Below are positions 8,727 through 17,912 of a stretch of 33,303 bases of DNA, in pieces (position 1 is the stretch's first letter; every line of letters starts with the position of its first letter). Source of the DNA: Candidatus Peregrinibacteria bacterium CG11_big_fil_rev_8_21_14_0_20_46_8 (GTDB lineage: Bacteria > Patescibacteriota > Gracilibacteria > UBA1369 > UM-FILTER-53-11); NCBI GenBank assembly GCA_002796025.1, contig PCVQ01000004.1:1-33303 (forward strand), written 5' to 3'. Position numbers and translations under genes: made by a program. The notes below the pieces were generated by a model, which was given only the letters and a program-made list of their open reading frames with translations, was not told the origin of the DNA and did not search any database.

Positions 8727-9662
8727 CTAATTTATAAATTCTTTTGCTTTTTCATTTTCAATGAGTGCAAGAAATGTAAAAGTCCACACTGCATTTGAAA
8801 ATAAATTTAAAATTCCTGTGAAGTAAGATGCAAAAATTAATCCAACAATACTCAAAAGAATTCCAATCACAATTGCAATTTGGGTTGCAATTGCTGTGGC
8901 TGCAAAAAGTCCGATCGTAATAAAAAGTACCGTCGGCACAATGAGCACTGCAACAATGTTAATAATAATTCGAACGCCGATGAGCAGCATCAAAACTCCT
9001 ATAATAAATGTATGTTGCCAGCTTAAAAGTACGAGCTTGGCGCTTTTTGCCATGGCGCTAAGTACCGAACTGCGTTTTAGCACGATAAAAAATTCGGAAT
9101 AGGTAAAAAGCAGCGTGAGCAGAAACCCAATAAGACCGGCGAGTACAAAGAACGGAAGCAGTGTTTCAAGGGCACCAGGACCAAGATTTCGCAAAACGAA
9201 TGCAGCTTCGGTAAGAATAGCAAAGAGTGAAAACCCCCGAATCAGCAAGTTGTATTCAAAGAGGGGCAGAAAGACGACTAAACCAAGTCCTACACCGTCA
9301 CTTACACGAATTTCTTTGCCTTCGCGTGCCCGGGCAATGAGCTGAATAAGCCCGCCTTGGCAGAGTGTCGGCAGCAATGCATATATAATAAGGATAAGTG
9401 CTGTCACTAAAATGGCGGGTACAATTAATCCTCTATGTACACTTAGAAAGTCGTAAATATTGCCAGCGAGCTCTGCTAAAAAGCTTTGTTCGGCATCGTC
9501 AAAGAGCGCTGAGTATTTAAAGGCAAAGTACTGGTATATAAGGTAGATAATGCTTATGAGCGTTGTAAAAAGGGCTGGTAAAAATGCATACCACCACATT
9601 AAACGCTTATTTTGGCGCGTAAATGCCCAGGCCTCACTTATAATATGACGGGAGTTCACCAT
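8727..9662 (-). CDS. Multi-pass integral membrane protein of unknown function
   Basis: 311 aa with about 6 hydrophobic segments. Confidence 0.85.
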   Translation of the reverse strand: MVNSRHIISEAWAFTRQNKRLMWWYAFLPALFTTLISIIYLIYQYFAFKYSALFDDAEQSFLAELAGNIYDFLSVHRGLIVPAILVTALILIIYALLPTLCQGGLIQLIARAREGKEIRVSDGVGLGLVVFLPLFEYNLLIRGFSLFAILTEAAFVLRNLGPGALETLLPFFVLAGLIGFLLTLLFTYSEFFIVLKRSSVLSAMAKSAKLVLLSWQHTFIIGVLMLLIGVRIIINIVAVLIVPTVLFITIGLFAATAIATQIAIVIGILLSIVGLIFASYFTGILNLFSNAVWTFTFLALIENEKAKEFIN

Positions 9663-9698
9663 GGTGTCCGGGCTATTATATAGATTTTTTTAATAGTC

Positions 9699-9727
9699 TT
9701 GCAGGGAAACTGCCCATTTGTTAGAAT
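9699..9727 (+). promoter_or_regulatory. Sigma70-type promoter of rpsO-pnp
   Basis: TTGCAG-17 nt-TAGAAT with extended TG. Confidence 0.6.
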
Positions 9728-9768
9728 TCGGCAGTATTCAAGCAGTATTAATAAAATATTTTTATAAC

Positions 9769-10032
9769 ATGAAAAGAGACAAGAAAAAGAAAGTGATCGG
9801 AGATCATGGGAGTCATCCTAAGGATACTGGATCACACCACGTTCAGGTTGCAATCCTGACCGAACGTATTAATGAGCTCAGTAAGCATTTGGAAACCCAT
9901 CCTAAAGATAACAGCAGCCGCCGCGGTTTGCTGATGATGGTTGGCCGTCGCCGCAAGCTGCTTAATTATGTTAAGGGTAAAGGCGCGGATACATACGAGT
10001 CGCTCCTTAAAAAACTCAAGCTGCGAAAATAA
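9769..10032 (+). CDS. rpsO: 30S ribosomal protein S15
   Basis: [43 protein letters not shown]. Confidence 0.99.
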   Translation: MKRDKKKKVIGDHGSHPKDTGSHHVQVAILTERINELSKHLETHPKDNSSRRGLLMMVGRRRKLLNYVKGKGADTYESLLKKLKLRK

Positions 10033-10043
10033 TCGTAGCTGTA

Positions 10044-10125
10044 GGAACAGGTGTAATAAGACAGGAAGATGTTTGTGCCTTCGGCAGTTGGGCTTAAACA
10101 CTTTCTTGTCTTCAAAACTTGTTCC
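10044..10125 (+). promoter_or_regulatory. Long stem-loop in the rpsO-pnp intergenic leader (putative RNase III site)
   Basis: AAGACAGGAAGATGTTTG (10058-75) pairs with TAAACACTTTCTTGTCTT (10095-112), 17/18 pairs including G-U; outer GGAACAGG/CTTGTTCC stem. Confidence 0.65.
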
Positions 10126-10164
10126 GTTTCCTATTCGTTAATGCGCATTGCGCAAATTTTTATT

Positions 10165-12384
10165 ATGGAACAAGTACATTCAGTACAAATGGATATTGGC
10201 GGTCGAGAATTTAAATTGACCTCCGGACTGTATGCATTTCAAGCACATGGAGCTGTTGTCGCTTCTTTTGGTGAGACGCAGGTTTTGGGTGCAACTACTA
10301 TGGCCGAAAAGGCAAAAGAAGGTATAGATTTTTTTCCGCTCTCCGTCGATTATGAAGAGCGCTACTACGCAACAGGAAAAATTAAGGGGAGCCGTTTTAT
10401 TAAGCGTGAAGGGCGTCCGTCTGAACAGGCGATTTTGGCATCACGCATGACTGATCGTCCGATTCGTCCGCTTTTTCCAAAGGGTGCAATGAACGATGTG
10501 CAATGTATTGCGACCGTTCTTTCTGCCGATATGGAGGTATCTCCCACAACAACTGCAACAAATGCAATTTCTGCCGCATTGATGGTTTCGGGTATCCCAT
10601 TTGCCGGGCCAGTTGGTTCAATACGTATGGGGTTGGTCGATAATCAACTCATTGTAAATCCAACCTATGAACAAGTTGAACAAGGCGGTTTGGATTTGGT
10701 AGTTGCCGGTACACTTGATGCTATTACAATGGTGGAGGCCGGTGCTCATGAAGTGCCCGAAGATGTTATGCTCGAAGCTCTTGCCAAAGCTCATGAAGTT
10801 ATAAAGCAGATTTGTGAATTGCAAATCCAGCTGCGGGACAAGGTTAATCCAACACCGCGTGTATTTACGATTCGTCAAAAGAATGAAGCAGCAGCTAATG
10901 CGGTCCAAAGCTATGTAACAGAAGATATGTTGCTCGGCGTAAACGGCAATACAAAGTTTGACGTAAAAGGAAAAATCCATGCTTTGGAAGACGCGCTTTA
11001 TGAGAAGTATGCTCCGCAAATTGAAGCGGGAGAGTTCGGTAAAGGTGATCTTGCCGATGCTTTAAACAGTTTGTTAGAGAAAGATATGCGGAAAAATATT
11101 CTGCAGCAGGAGCGCCGTATTGATGGCCGCTCACTCGATCAAATTCGCCCAATAGAGTGCCGTGTTGGTGAAATTCCGCGGACTCATGGTTCAGGTATGT
11201 TTCAGCGGGGAGAAACACAGGTATTAACGCTGACAACCCTTGGCGGGCCCGGTGCTGCACAGATTATCGATACTATGGATACTGATGAAGAGCGGCGTTA
11301 TATGCATCACTACAACTTCCCGCCGTATTCAGTGGGAGAGGTGCGTATGATGCGTGGTACTTCTCGCCGAGAAGTAGGACATGGAGACTTAGCTGAACGC
11401 GCGTTGCTTCCCGTGCTGCCGAAGAAAGAAGATTTTGCCTATACCATGCGCTTGGTTTCGGAGGTGCTTTCCTGTAATGGGTCAAGCTCTATGGCTTCGG
11501 TGTGCGGTTCTACACTTTCTCTTATGGATGCAGGTGTGCCAATTTCTCGTCCTGTTTCTGGTATTGCAATGGGCTTGGTAACGGGCGAGGATTTCGATGG
11601 TAAAAATGGTACCTATAAAATTCTTACAGATATCCAAGGTTTGGAAGATTTTGCCGGCGATATGGACTTTAAAGTTACTGGAACAAGTGAAGGAATTACT
11701 GCTTTGCAGATGGATATTAAAGTAAAAGGCCTCTCTCTCGATGTATTAAAGGAGGCATTAGAACGTGCACGGAACGCGCGCAACCAAGTACTCGAAGCAA
11801 TGCTCAAGGCAATTGCTACACCGCGCGATCATCTTAGTAAATATGCACCAATGATCAGCAGTATGCATATCGATCCAGATGATATTAAGCTTGTAATCGG
11901 CAAGGGCGGGGAAACCATTCAGAAAATTACCGCCGAGACGGAATGCGAGATCGACATTGAGCAAGATGGTTTAGTTATGATTACTGCAAAAGATCAAGAA
12001 TCGGGTCAGCGCGCTATGGATTGGATTAAAAAGATTACTTATAAGCCTGCGGTTGGAGATGTATTCGAAGGTAAGGTTGTTCGTATTATGGACTTCGGTG
12101 CCTTTGTAGAAATTACGCCGGGCAAGGACGGGCTTGTACATATTTCTCAACTCGATCACCATCGCGTAAACCGCGTTGAGGACGTAGTGCAGTTAGGCGA
12201 TATTGTTAAAGTAAAACTGATGGAAATCGATGATCAAGGACGCTATAACTTATCCCGAAAAGTCTTACTGCCTCGACCAGAAGGCATGCCTGAACAAAGT
12301 GAGAGCGACTTTGGCGGAGGCTACCGCCTAGGCGGGGCAGGTCGTCCATCTCGGCCACCACGTCGCGGTCCGCCACGTCGCTAA
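10165..12384 (+). CDS. pnp: Polyribonucleotide nucleotidyltransferase (PNPase)
   Basis: FFPLSVDYEE, RRIDGR, HYNFPPYS, SNG-like SCNGSSSMASVC, GDMDFKV, KH and S1 domains; start at MEQVH. Confidence 0.99.
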   Translation: MEQVHSVQMDIGGREFKLTSGLYAFQAHGAVVASFGETQVLGATTMAEKAKEGIDFFPLSVDYEERYYATGKIKGSRFIKREGRPSEQAILASRMTDRPIRPLFPKGAMNDVQCIATVLSADMEVSPTTTATNAISAALMVSGIPFAGPVGSIRMGLVDNQLIVNPTYEQVEQGGLDLVVAGTLDAITMVEAGAHEVPEDVMLEALAKAHEVIKQICELQIQLRDKVNPTPRVFTIRQKNEAAANAVQSYVTEDMLLGVNGNTKFDVKGKIHALEDALYEKYAPQIEAGEFGKGDLADALNSLLEKDMRKNILQQERRIDGRSLDQIRPIECRVGEIPRTHGSGMFQRGETQVLTLTTLGGPGAAQIIDTMDTDEERRYMHHYNFPPYSVGEVRMMRGTSRREVGHGDLAERALLPVLPKKEDFAYTMRLVSEVLSCNGSSSMASVCGSTLSLMDAGVPISRPVSGIAMGLVTGEDFDGKNGTYKILTDIQGLEDFAGDMDFKVTGTSEGITALQMDIKVKGLSLDVLKEALERARNARNQVLEAMLKAIATPRDHLSKYAPMISSMHIDPDDIKLVIGKGGETIQKITAETECEIDIEQDGLVMITAKDQESGQRAMDWIKKITYKPAVGDVFEGKVVRIMDFGAFVEITPGKDGLVHISQLDHHRVNRVEDVVQLGDIVKVKLMEIDDQGRYNLSRKVLLPRPEGMPEQSESDFGGGYRLGGAGRPSRPPRRGPPRR

Positions 12385-13736
12385 ATATCGAGTATGAGGA
12401 GCTTTATTGTCTCGTGCACATCATCGATACCCACAAACTTTGGGTATACTTTGATGTTATTTAAGCGCAGGTTGTAATACAGCAGCGGTTCGACGCTATT
12501 TGTAATATAGATATTGGTCTTATTCTTTTGAAGAAACTCCGCCATTTTGACGGCATCGTCAGAATGAAAGCTTTCTGCGAGATGAAAATGGTCATGCACT
12601 TGCCCATCCTTTATATCGACAAAGAGGAATGTATAGTCGCTGTCGTCGTCGATGTCTATTTTTGCCGAAAGCCCATCAGCGGGATTTTGCACCGGAATAG
12701 CAACGCGGATTTTATCGGGCTTTGGTGCATCGATGTAGAGTACAAAATCGCCGAGATGCCGAATGTTTTCTTCAATAGAGTGATGCAGCCGGTGAATCTC
12801 ATTTCGTAAATCGATTGCATTACTAAATGGATTTGTTTCGAGAATTGCCTCGCCGAATAAAAATGTTCCCGTTTTTCTCAGTCGTATCTTTTTAATTTTT
12901 GTAACGATGCGTGACTTTTTTAGGAGCGTGCGAATTTTACGTGCAATCTTAGGATCGTCCCAGAAATCAAGTAAGTCGAGCAGGGATTCTTTTGCAAATT
13001 TTACTCCGCTCCAAATTATCAAAACAGAGATGAGTATACCCAGTATCGCTCCTGCATGCGCTATGCCAAACTTATCTCCTACGATACCGAGCAAAACGCC
13101 TCCGGAGACAAACATATCGTTGCGTTTGTCATAGGCGCTGGCGAGCATCGCTTTTGATTCAAGTTTCTCTCCCGCAGCTTTTTGATTGTAGTATGAGTAA
13201 CCGGCTGCAATGATTGAGATCGAAGATATAATGATACCGAAAATGTGGTTTGTAGTAATGCGTGCCGTGAATATAGAGTTAATACTTTCTAGAAAGAGCC
13301 GCCCGCCGATCACGAGAATGAAAAGCGATATGAGAAAGGAAATGAGTGTTTCGATTCTATGGTATCCGTACGAAAAACCATGGCCTGCGCGTTTCGTGGA
13401 GAGACGAAGTCCCATAAAAATTGCAATCGCGGCGAGGATATCGCTAAAGCTGCTTACAGCATCTCCAATTAAGGGAATAAAGTTAGTTATGTAGCCGGCC
13501 ACACCTTTGGCAATCGTTAAAGCTATGAGCAAAAATACACTTCTTCGGGCCACCCGCATCGCTTGCCGTAACTCTTCTTGATGCGCCGCTTTGAGCGGTG
13601 TTTTTGGTAAATCTTTAATTACCTTTACCTCACCGGTAGGATTACTCGGGTCCGGTTTAATATCTGGATTCTCTTTATTTGTTTCGACTTTTTGTGTGAC
13701 GATTTTTTCTGTTTCGTCCTTTTTTGCAGTTGGCAT
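12381..13736 (-). CDS. Cation diffusion facilitator transporter with C-terminal NifB/NifX-like domain
   Basis: DAVSSFSD, YGYHRIE, ESLLDLLD, dimerisation domain, then RVAIPV...GLSAKI tail; start at MPTAKK. Confidence 0.85.
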   Translation of the reverse strand: MPTAKKDETEKIVTQKVETNKENPDIKPDPSNPTGEVKVIKDLPKTPLKAAHQEELRQAMRVARRSVFLLIALTIAKGVAGYITNFIPLIGDAVSSFSDILAAIAIFMGLRLSTKRAGHGFSYGYHRIETLISFLISLFILVIGGRLFLESINSIFTARITTNHIFGIIISSISIIAAGYSYYNQKAAGEKLESKAMLASAYDKRNDMFVSGGVLLGIVGDKFGIAHAGAILGILISVLIIWSGVKFAKESLLDLLDFWDDPKIARKIRTLLKKSRIVTKIKKIRLRKTGTFLFGEAILETNPFSNAIDLRNEIHRLHHSIEENIRHLGDFVLYIDAPKPDKIRVAIPVQNPADGLSAKIDIDDDSDYTFLFVDIKDGQVHDHFHLAESFHSDDAVKMAEFLQKNKTNIYITNSVEPLLYYNLRLNNIKVYPKFVGIDDVHETIKLLILDI

Positions 13737-13769
13737 ATCCAAGTATTATACCAGCAAAAAGGGGATTTG

Positions 13770-15317
13770 TCAGCTTTGCAGATAGCACTGTTCGCAGTGG
13801 ATTATTTCTGGTCTATCCGGTGCATATGCACTCTGAATTGGCATGTTACACTTCGCACACTGCCGTTTCCAGAGCAGACGCGGCGTGCGCTGAGCAAAAC
13901 GAGCAGAGTGCCGGCACTCAGGACATTTTTGAGGGAGCGGGATATCCTGTTTTTTGTAAAAATTCAGCTCTTTTGGAAGGATCTTGTAGGCTTTAGCACA
14001 GACAATACAGCGACCGGCTTCTTGTGGTAATGTGTGCTGCGTGATTTTTGTTTTTATTTGTTGAGGAAAGTAATCTGCTGCAACTGAATCTTGGTACGAA
14101 AAAGGGGAGAGCCCCATAGGGGGAAATTCGCCGTAAGTTTTGTCGGCATGCATATCGGCAATTATTTTTGCACGCAGCGTTTCATATTCTTGTTTTGTAT
14201 ATTGTTTATTGAGAATACAATATTTTTTATTTCTGAGTCCCACACAGCCAAAAAGATTTTGTGAACTTTTGCAGAAATCTGAATATTGGCAGTCTGCGCA
14301 TTCGCCACATGTATTGCAGAATTGAATATTGTTGTTTCCATAATAGCCAATATGCTCATAACAGAGTTCAAAGTGTTCGCAGTAGTTTACATCGTATGAA
14401 TCTTTGGCATCGATGATTTGGGCACAGTAGCGAACATCTTGAGCCTTTTTTACATCAAAGCAGTCGCGGGCATTTTTTGAATTTACAATATAGTTGCCGC
14501 TTACATTTTCGTTATTTAGATTTTGTGCATATTTATGAGGGAAATTGAGTTTGAATTTTGCAAATTTCTTAAGCAGTTCATCGATTCCTTTGCGTGTATT
14601 TAGTTTCAAATCCGTTTTTATATTCTCATACTCTTGTTGAGAATAAGCCTTATTGAAAATGTAATATTTTTTATTGCGCAGCCCAATGGAGGCAATACAA
14701 TTTTGTGATCCTTTACAGTCAAAACAGGCGATTAAATCTGAAGAAGTGGAGCAATCTTGGCAGTACTGGCATGCGTAGCATTTTTCACAATCTATGCACT
14801 CATAACAGAGTTCTGATTCACGTACTAAGAAACTATCATAGCAGTCACGCGATTCGTATGGAGATCCGTACATACAGTCTTCGATATGAATAGAACCGAA
14901 GCAGAGATAGCTGTTGTGAGCAAAGCCGACGTAATTGCAGTAATCACTATTTTCGGTGTTTACCGTTGCAAGATTAAGGCGTGGCACACGCTGCAGAAGA
15001 GCATGATATTGAGCGAAAAATGATTTTGAAGGTGAATATTCTTGTCCATGCTCCTGAGGATCCCATGCATCGCTCCACCAGCAGGTTTGGCAATAGACTG
15101 GAAAAGGGTGCCCGGGCGCATACATAGAAATTATTTTTTTGCCGCACAAACCGCATGTATCGTGATACAAATTGCGTTCATTGCGCCAAGCGAGCCTTCT
15201 CTGCATGCGGCATAGCGCACACAGTGTGGGGGCCGGCACATGTATTTTTGTATAGAATGCGCGATCCGAATCATCTATAACAAATTTCTTGCTGCAATGC
15301 GCACATGTTTTTTCCAT
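13770..15317 (-). CDS. Cys-rich protein with terminal zinc-ribbon (zf-trcl-like + CxxC-x17-CxxC) modules and central Cys repeats, paralogue 1
   Basis: 515 aa; homologous N- and C-terminal CxxC modules; duplicated GLRNKKY.I.NK.Y...EYE motif. Confidence 0.88.
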   Translation of the reverse strand: MEKTCAHCSKKFVIDDSDRAFYTKIHVPAPTLCALCRMQRRLAWRNERNLYHDTCGLCGKKIISMYAPGHPFPVYCQTCWWSDAWDPQEHGQEYSPSKSFFAQYHALLQRVPRLNLATVNTENSDYCNYVGFAHNSYLCFGSIHIEDCMYGSPYESRDCYDSFLVRESELCYECIDCEKCYACQYCQDCSTSSDLIACFDCKGSQNCIASIGLRNKKYYIFNKAYSQQEYENIKTDLKLNTRKGIDELLKKFAKFKLNFPHKYAQNLNNENVSGNYIVNSKNARDCFDVKKAQDVRYCAQIIDAKDSYDVNYCEHFELCYEHIGYYGNNNIQFCNTCGECADCQYSDFCKSSQNLFGCVGLRNKKYCILNKQYTKQEYETLRAKIIADMHADKTYGEFPPMGLSPFSYQDSVAADYFPQQIKTKITQHTLPQEAGRCIVCAKAYKILPKELNFYKKQDIPLPQKCPECRHSARFAQRTPRLLWKRQCAKCNMPIQSAYAPDRPEIIHCEQCYLQS

Positions 15318-15323
15318 AAGGAT

Positions 15324-15406
15324 AGTTACAAGTTCATGACAGAGGGTAGAGCGAGTTTGTAAGATTGTCTATATTTCAGTACAATAGTTGTCACTATGCT
15401 GTGACA
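15324..15406. promoter_or_regulatory. Three TGTC-N10-GACA-like palindromes (putative operators)
   Basis: TGTCACtatgctGTGACA 15389-406; AGTTACaagttcATGACA 15324-41; TGTCtatatttcagTACA 15366-83. Confidence 0.55.
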
Positions 15407-15411
15407 GCACC

Positions 15412-16200
15412 ATGATAGATATTCCCCAAAAAATTAAGCAGACACTTCGTGATTTTGGTCTCAGTAAGGCCGAAATGTATGTATACGTAAGCGCTTTGCG
15501 GCTTGGAGCGCAACCCGCCAGCGTTATTGCAAAGCATGCGCTTTTGAAGCGTGGTCATACCTATAATATGCTTACGAGCTTAAAGGAAAAGGGATTGGTG
15601 CAAGAAATGATCAAGCGTAAAATTCGGCACTTTGCAGCATGTCGCCCCGAAACTATTCTCTCTGTTTTGCTACACCGCGAAGAAAAGATAGCGCATCAAA
15701 AGGAGCAAATTGCACAAATTATTCCACTCTTGCAGTCACTCAAAAATCCCGCAGTACAGCCTGCTCGCGTCCGATTTTTTGAGGGGTCTCAAGGTATTAA
15801 AGAGATTTATGAAGATACTATTCAAAATTCAAACGAAACCATATATGCAATTGGTGACTTCGCCTGTTTTTTCCCACAAGAAAAGGATCCGGTCTTAAAC
15901 GGCTGGATTTGGAAATATTCTCAGCGGCGTGCCGCAAAGGGAATTTGGTATTACGGAATCGCAAATAAATCGAAATATTCCGATATGGCTTTTAGAAAGC
16001 GTCTAAAACAAAAACGAAAATTAAAGATGCTGAAAGATGTGGAATTGCCTGTTGAAATCAATATTTACGGCAATAAAGTAGCGGTCATGTCCACATCAAA
16101 AGAAATGATTGGTTTTATTATTGAGGATGCACCCACTGCTGAAACGCTTCGTAATTTGCATAAGGCAATTTGGGGATTTTTGCCGGACTACGCTATTTAA
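15412..16200 (+). CDS. TrmB-family transcriptional regulator (wHTH + C-terminal effector domain)
   Basis: L..FGLSKAE..VY...L.LG...AS.IAK....KRGHTY..L.SL.EKGLV; VRFFEG..GIK.IYED; EINIYGNKVA. Confidence 0.9.
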   Translation: MIDIPQKIKQTLRDFGLSKAEMYVYVSALRLGAQPASVIAKHALLKRGHTYNMLTSLKEKGLVQEMIKRKIRHFAACRPETILSVLLHREEKIAHQKEQIAQIIPLLQSLKNPAVQPARVRFFEGSQGIKEIYEDTIQNSNETIYAIGDFACFFPQEKDPVLNGWIWKYSQRRAAKGIWYYGIANKSKYSDMAFRKRLKQKRKLKMLKDVELPVEINIYGNKVAVMSTSKEMIGFIIEDAPTAETLRNLHKAIWGFLPDYAI

Positions 16201-17876
16201 TACACCTCGGCCAAATAGCAGGTCTCGCAATATATTGTCTCTGGCCTGTTTGGAGCGTAACTTGTTTGGATTGCTTTTTTACACTTTGCGCATTCGCGTG
16301 TCCACAGACGCCACGGCGTTCTTATTTTGTTCCGCGCATTGTGCCGGCAATCTGGGCACTGTTTTGGAACCGGAATGCGCTGTGTCCGGTAAAATTTTAA
16401 CTCTTGTGCCGTGATGCGATAGTTTTTTGCACATATTTCACACGCGCAAATGCCTTTTGTAATCTCATCGGTGACCTCATCGATACTATTCGGAATTTGC
16501 ACAGTGGCCGGCTGAAATTCTTTTGAATCCTTTGGGCGCCAGCCCCAGCCTAATTCTTTTGCTTGCCCTTCATTCAGAGGAAAATGGTCTTGTGCAATGG
16601 TTTCATTGTAATTAAATGGTGAGAGCGAGGCCGGGAAAAATTCTCCCCATTCTCCGGTTTTTTGCATATGTTCAATAATACGTGCGCACATTTTTTCGTA
16701 TTCTTCTTTTGGATACTCTTTATTGAGGATTGTATGGCGCGCTTTATGAAAGCCAACAGTTCCAAAGCAATCTTGTGCAGAGGGTGACTGTACACAATAT
16801 AGAAGATTTTTTGCACCGTTCCAGTTATATACCGAAAGTACGATCCTGTATCCGGGTACGCCAGTTACGGTATTGTAATAAGATAATTCGGCCTCTTGAA
16901 TTCCGGTGATGTCGTAGCAATCAGAAATGGGTTTATCGCCGAGTGTTATAAACTTTGAATCTTGTGCACCGTTGGTGTCAAAACTTTGCTGTACATTTTT
17001 GCAGTTTGAAAGATTTGTACCGGTCGAATTTTCACAATTTGTAATTTGTGTAGCACGCATCGGAAATTTTAAACGGTGCTCTGTAAACATTTTCTTGGCT
17101 CGCTCAAGCCCCTCATGGGTATCTAGGCGGAGTTCTGCAATTCTTTTTTCATATTCTTCTTTGCTCAACTGTTCATTAAAAAAGCAATACTGTTTACCTA
17201 TGAGGTTTACGCTCCCAAAACAGTTTTGGCAGTTGCGGCAGCCTTCACAGAAAATACAATCAATGCAGTTTGTACAGTGTGTCGAATATTTGCATCCATA
17301 ACATTTGTTCACTTCCACACATTCATAGCAAAGCTCACTGTTATACGCAGTAAGACAATCTACTGAATCCTGGCAGCTCCATATATAGCTGGAGTACTGG
17401 CAATTTTCATTATCATTGCTGGCAAATATCAGATAGCAATCTTTGTTGTTATTACAAAAATTTACATAGTCGCTGTTGTATGATTTGTCTACGAGCAAAT
17501 CCATAAGGGGAACAGATTGAATCAGTTCGCGAAGCTGTGAAAAAAATGGACGATTGAAATCAAACTCTCGTCCATAGTCGCCGGCATCCCAAGTATCGCT
17601 CCACCATGCTTCTTTCTTATACACTTTATGCGGTTTGTCCGCTGCAATCCAAGAGATGATCGGCTCGCCCGTTGCATCGCAGTTTCGCCGGTAGAGGCTT
17701 CGTTCATTTCGAAACGCAAGGCGGTTTTGCAGGCGGCAGTCCGGACACTCTTTTGGCGGCGGAATTTCAAAAACTTGCCCGGCAAACGTAGGAGAAACGC
17801 GCTTATAAAATTCTAGATCTTCATCGCCAATGTGAAACGAAGTTCTGCATCGCCGGCATGTTTGTTCTAGAGCTAT
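16197..17876 (-). CDS. Cys-rich zinc-ribbon/solenoid protein, paralogue 2; start codon non-canonical or lost
   Basis: Frame stays open upstream of GTG 17624 to TGA at 17898-900, encoding IALEQTCRRC...CPDCRLQNRLAFRNERSLY that aligns with MEKTCAHC...CALCRMQRRLAWRNERNLY; no in-frame ATG/GTG/TTG there. Confidence 0.85.
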   Translation of the reverse strand: MALEQTCRRCRTSFHIGDEDLEFYKRVSPTFAGQVFEIPPPKECPDCRLQNRLAFRNERSLYRRNCDATGEPIISWIAADKPHKVYKKEAWWSDTWDAGDYGREFDFNRPFFSQLRELIQSVPLMDLLVDKSYNSDYVNFCNNNKDCYLIFASNDNENCQYSSYIWSCQDSVDCLTAYNSELCYECVEVNKCYGCKYSTHCTNCIDCIFCEGCRNCQNCFGSVNLIGKQYCFFNEQLSKEEYEKRIAELRLDTHEGLERAKKMFTEHRLKFPMRATQITNCENSTGTNLSNCKNVQQSFDTNGAQDSKFITLGDKPISDCYDITGIQEAELSYYNTVTGVPGYRIVLSVYNWNGAKNLLYCVQSPSAQDCFGTVGFHKARHTILNKEYPKEEYEKMCARIIEHMQKTGEWGEFFPASLSPFNYNETIAQDHFPLNEGQAKELGWGWRPKDSKEFQPATVQIPNSIDEVTDEITKGICACEICAKNYRITAQELKFYRTQRIPVPKQCPDCRHNARNKIRTPWRLWTRECAKCKKAIQTSYAPNRPETIYCETCYLAEVY

Positions 17877-17912
17877 TGTGTTGGGGTAAAGTGCCTGTCA
17901 ATTAAACAATAT

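Noticed and set aside
17522..17785. 87-aa ORF as a frameshifted N-terminus of the Cys-rich gene
   Set aside because: The true N-terminal domain is in the same frame as the 16197-17624 ORF, so no frameshift is needed
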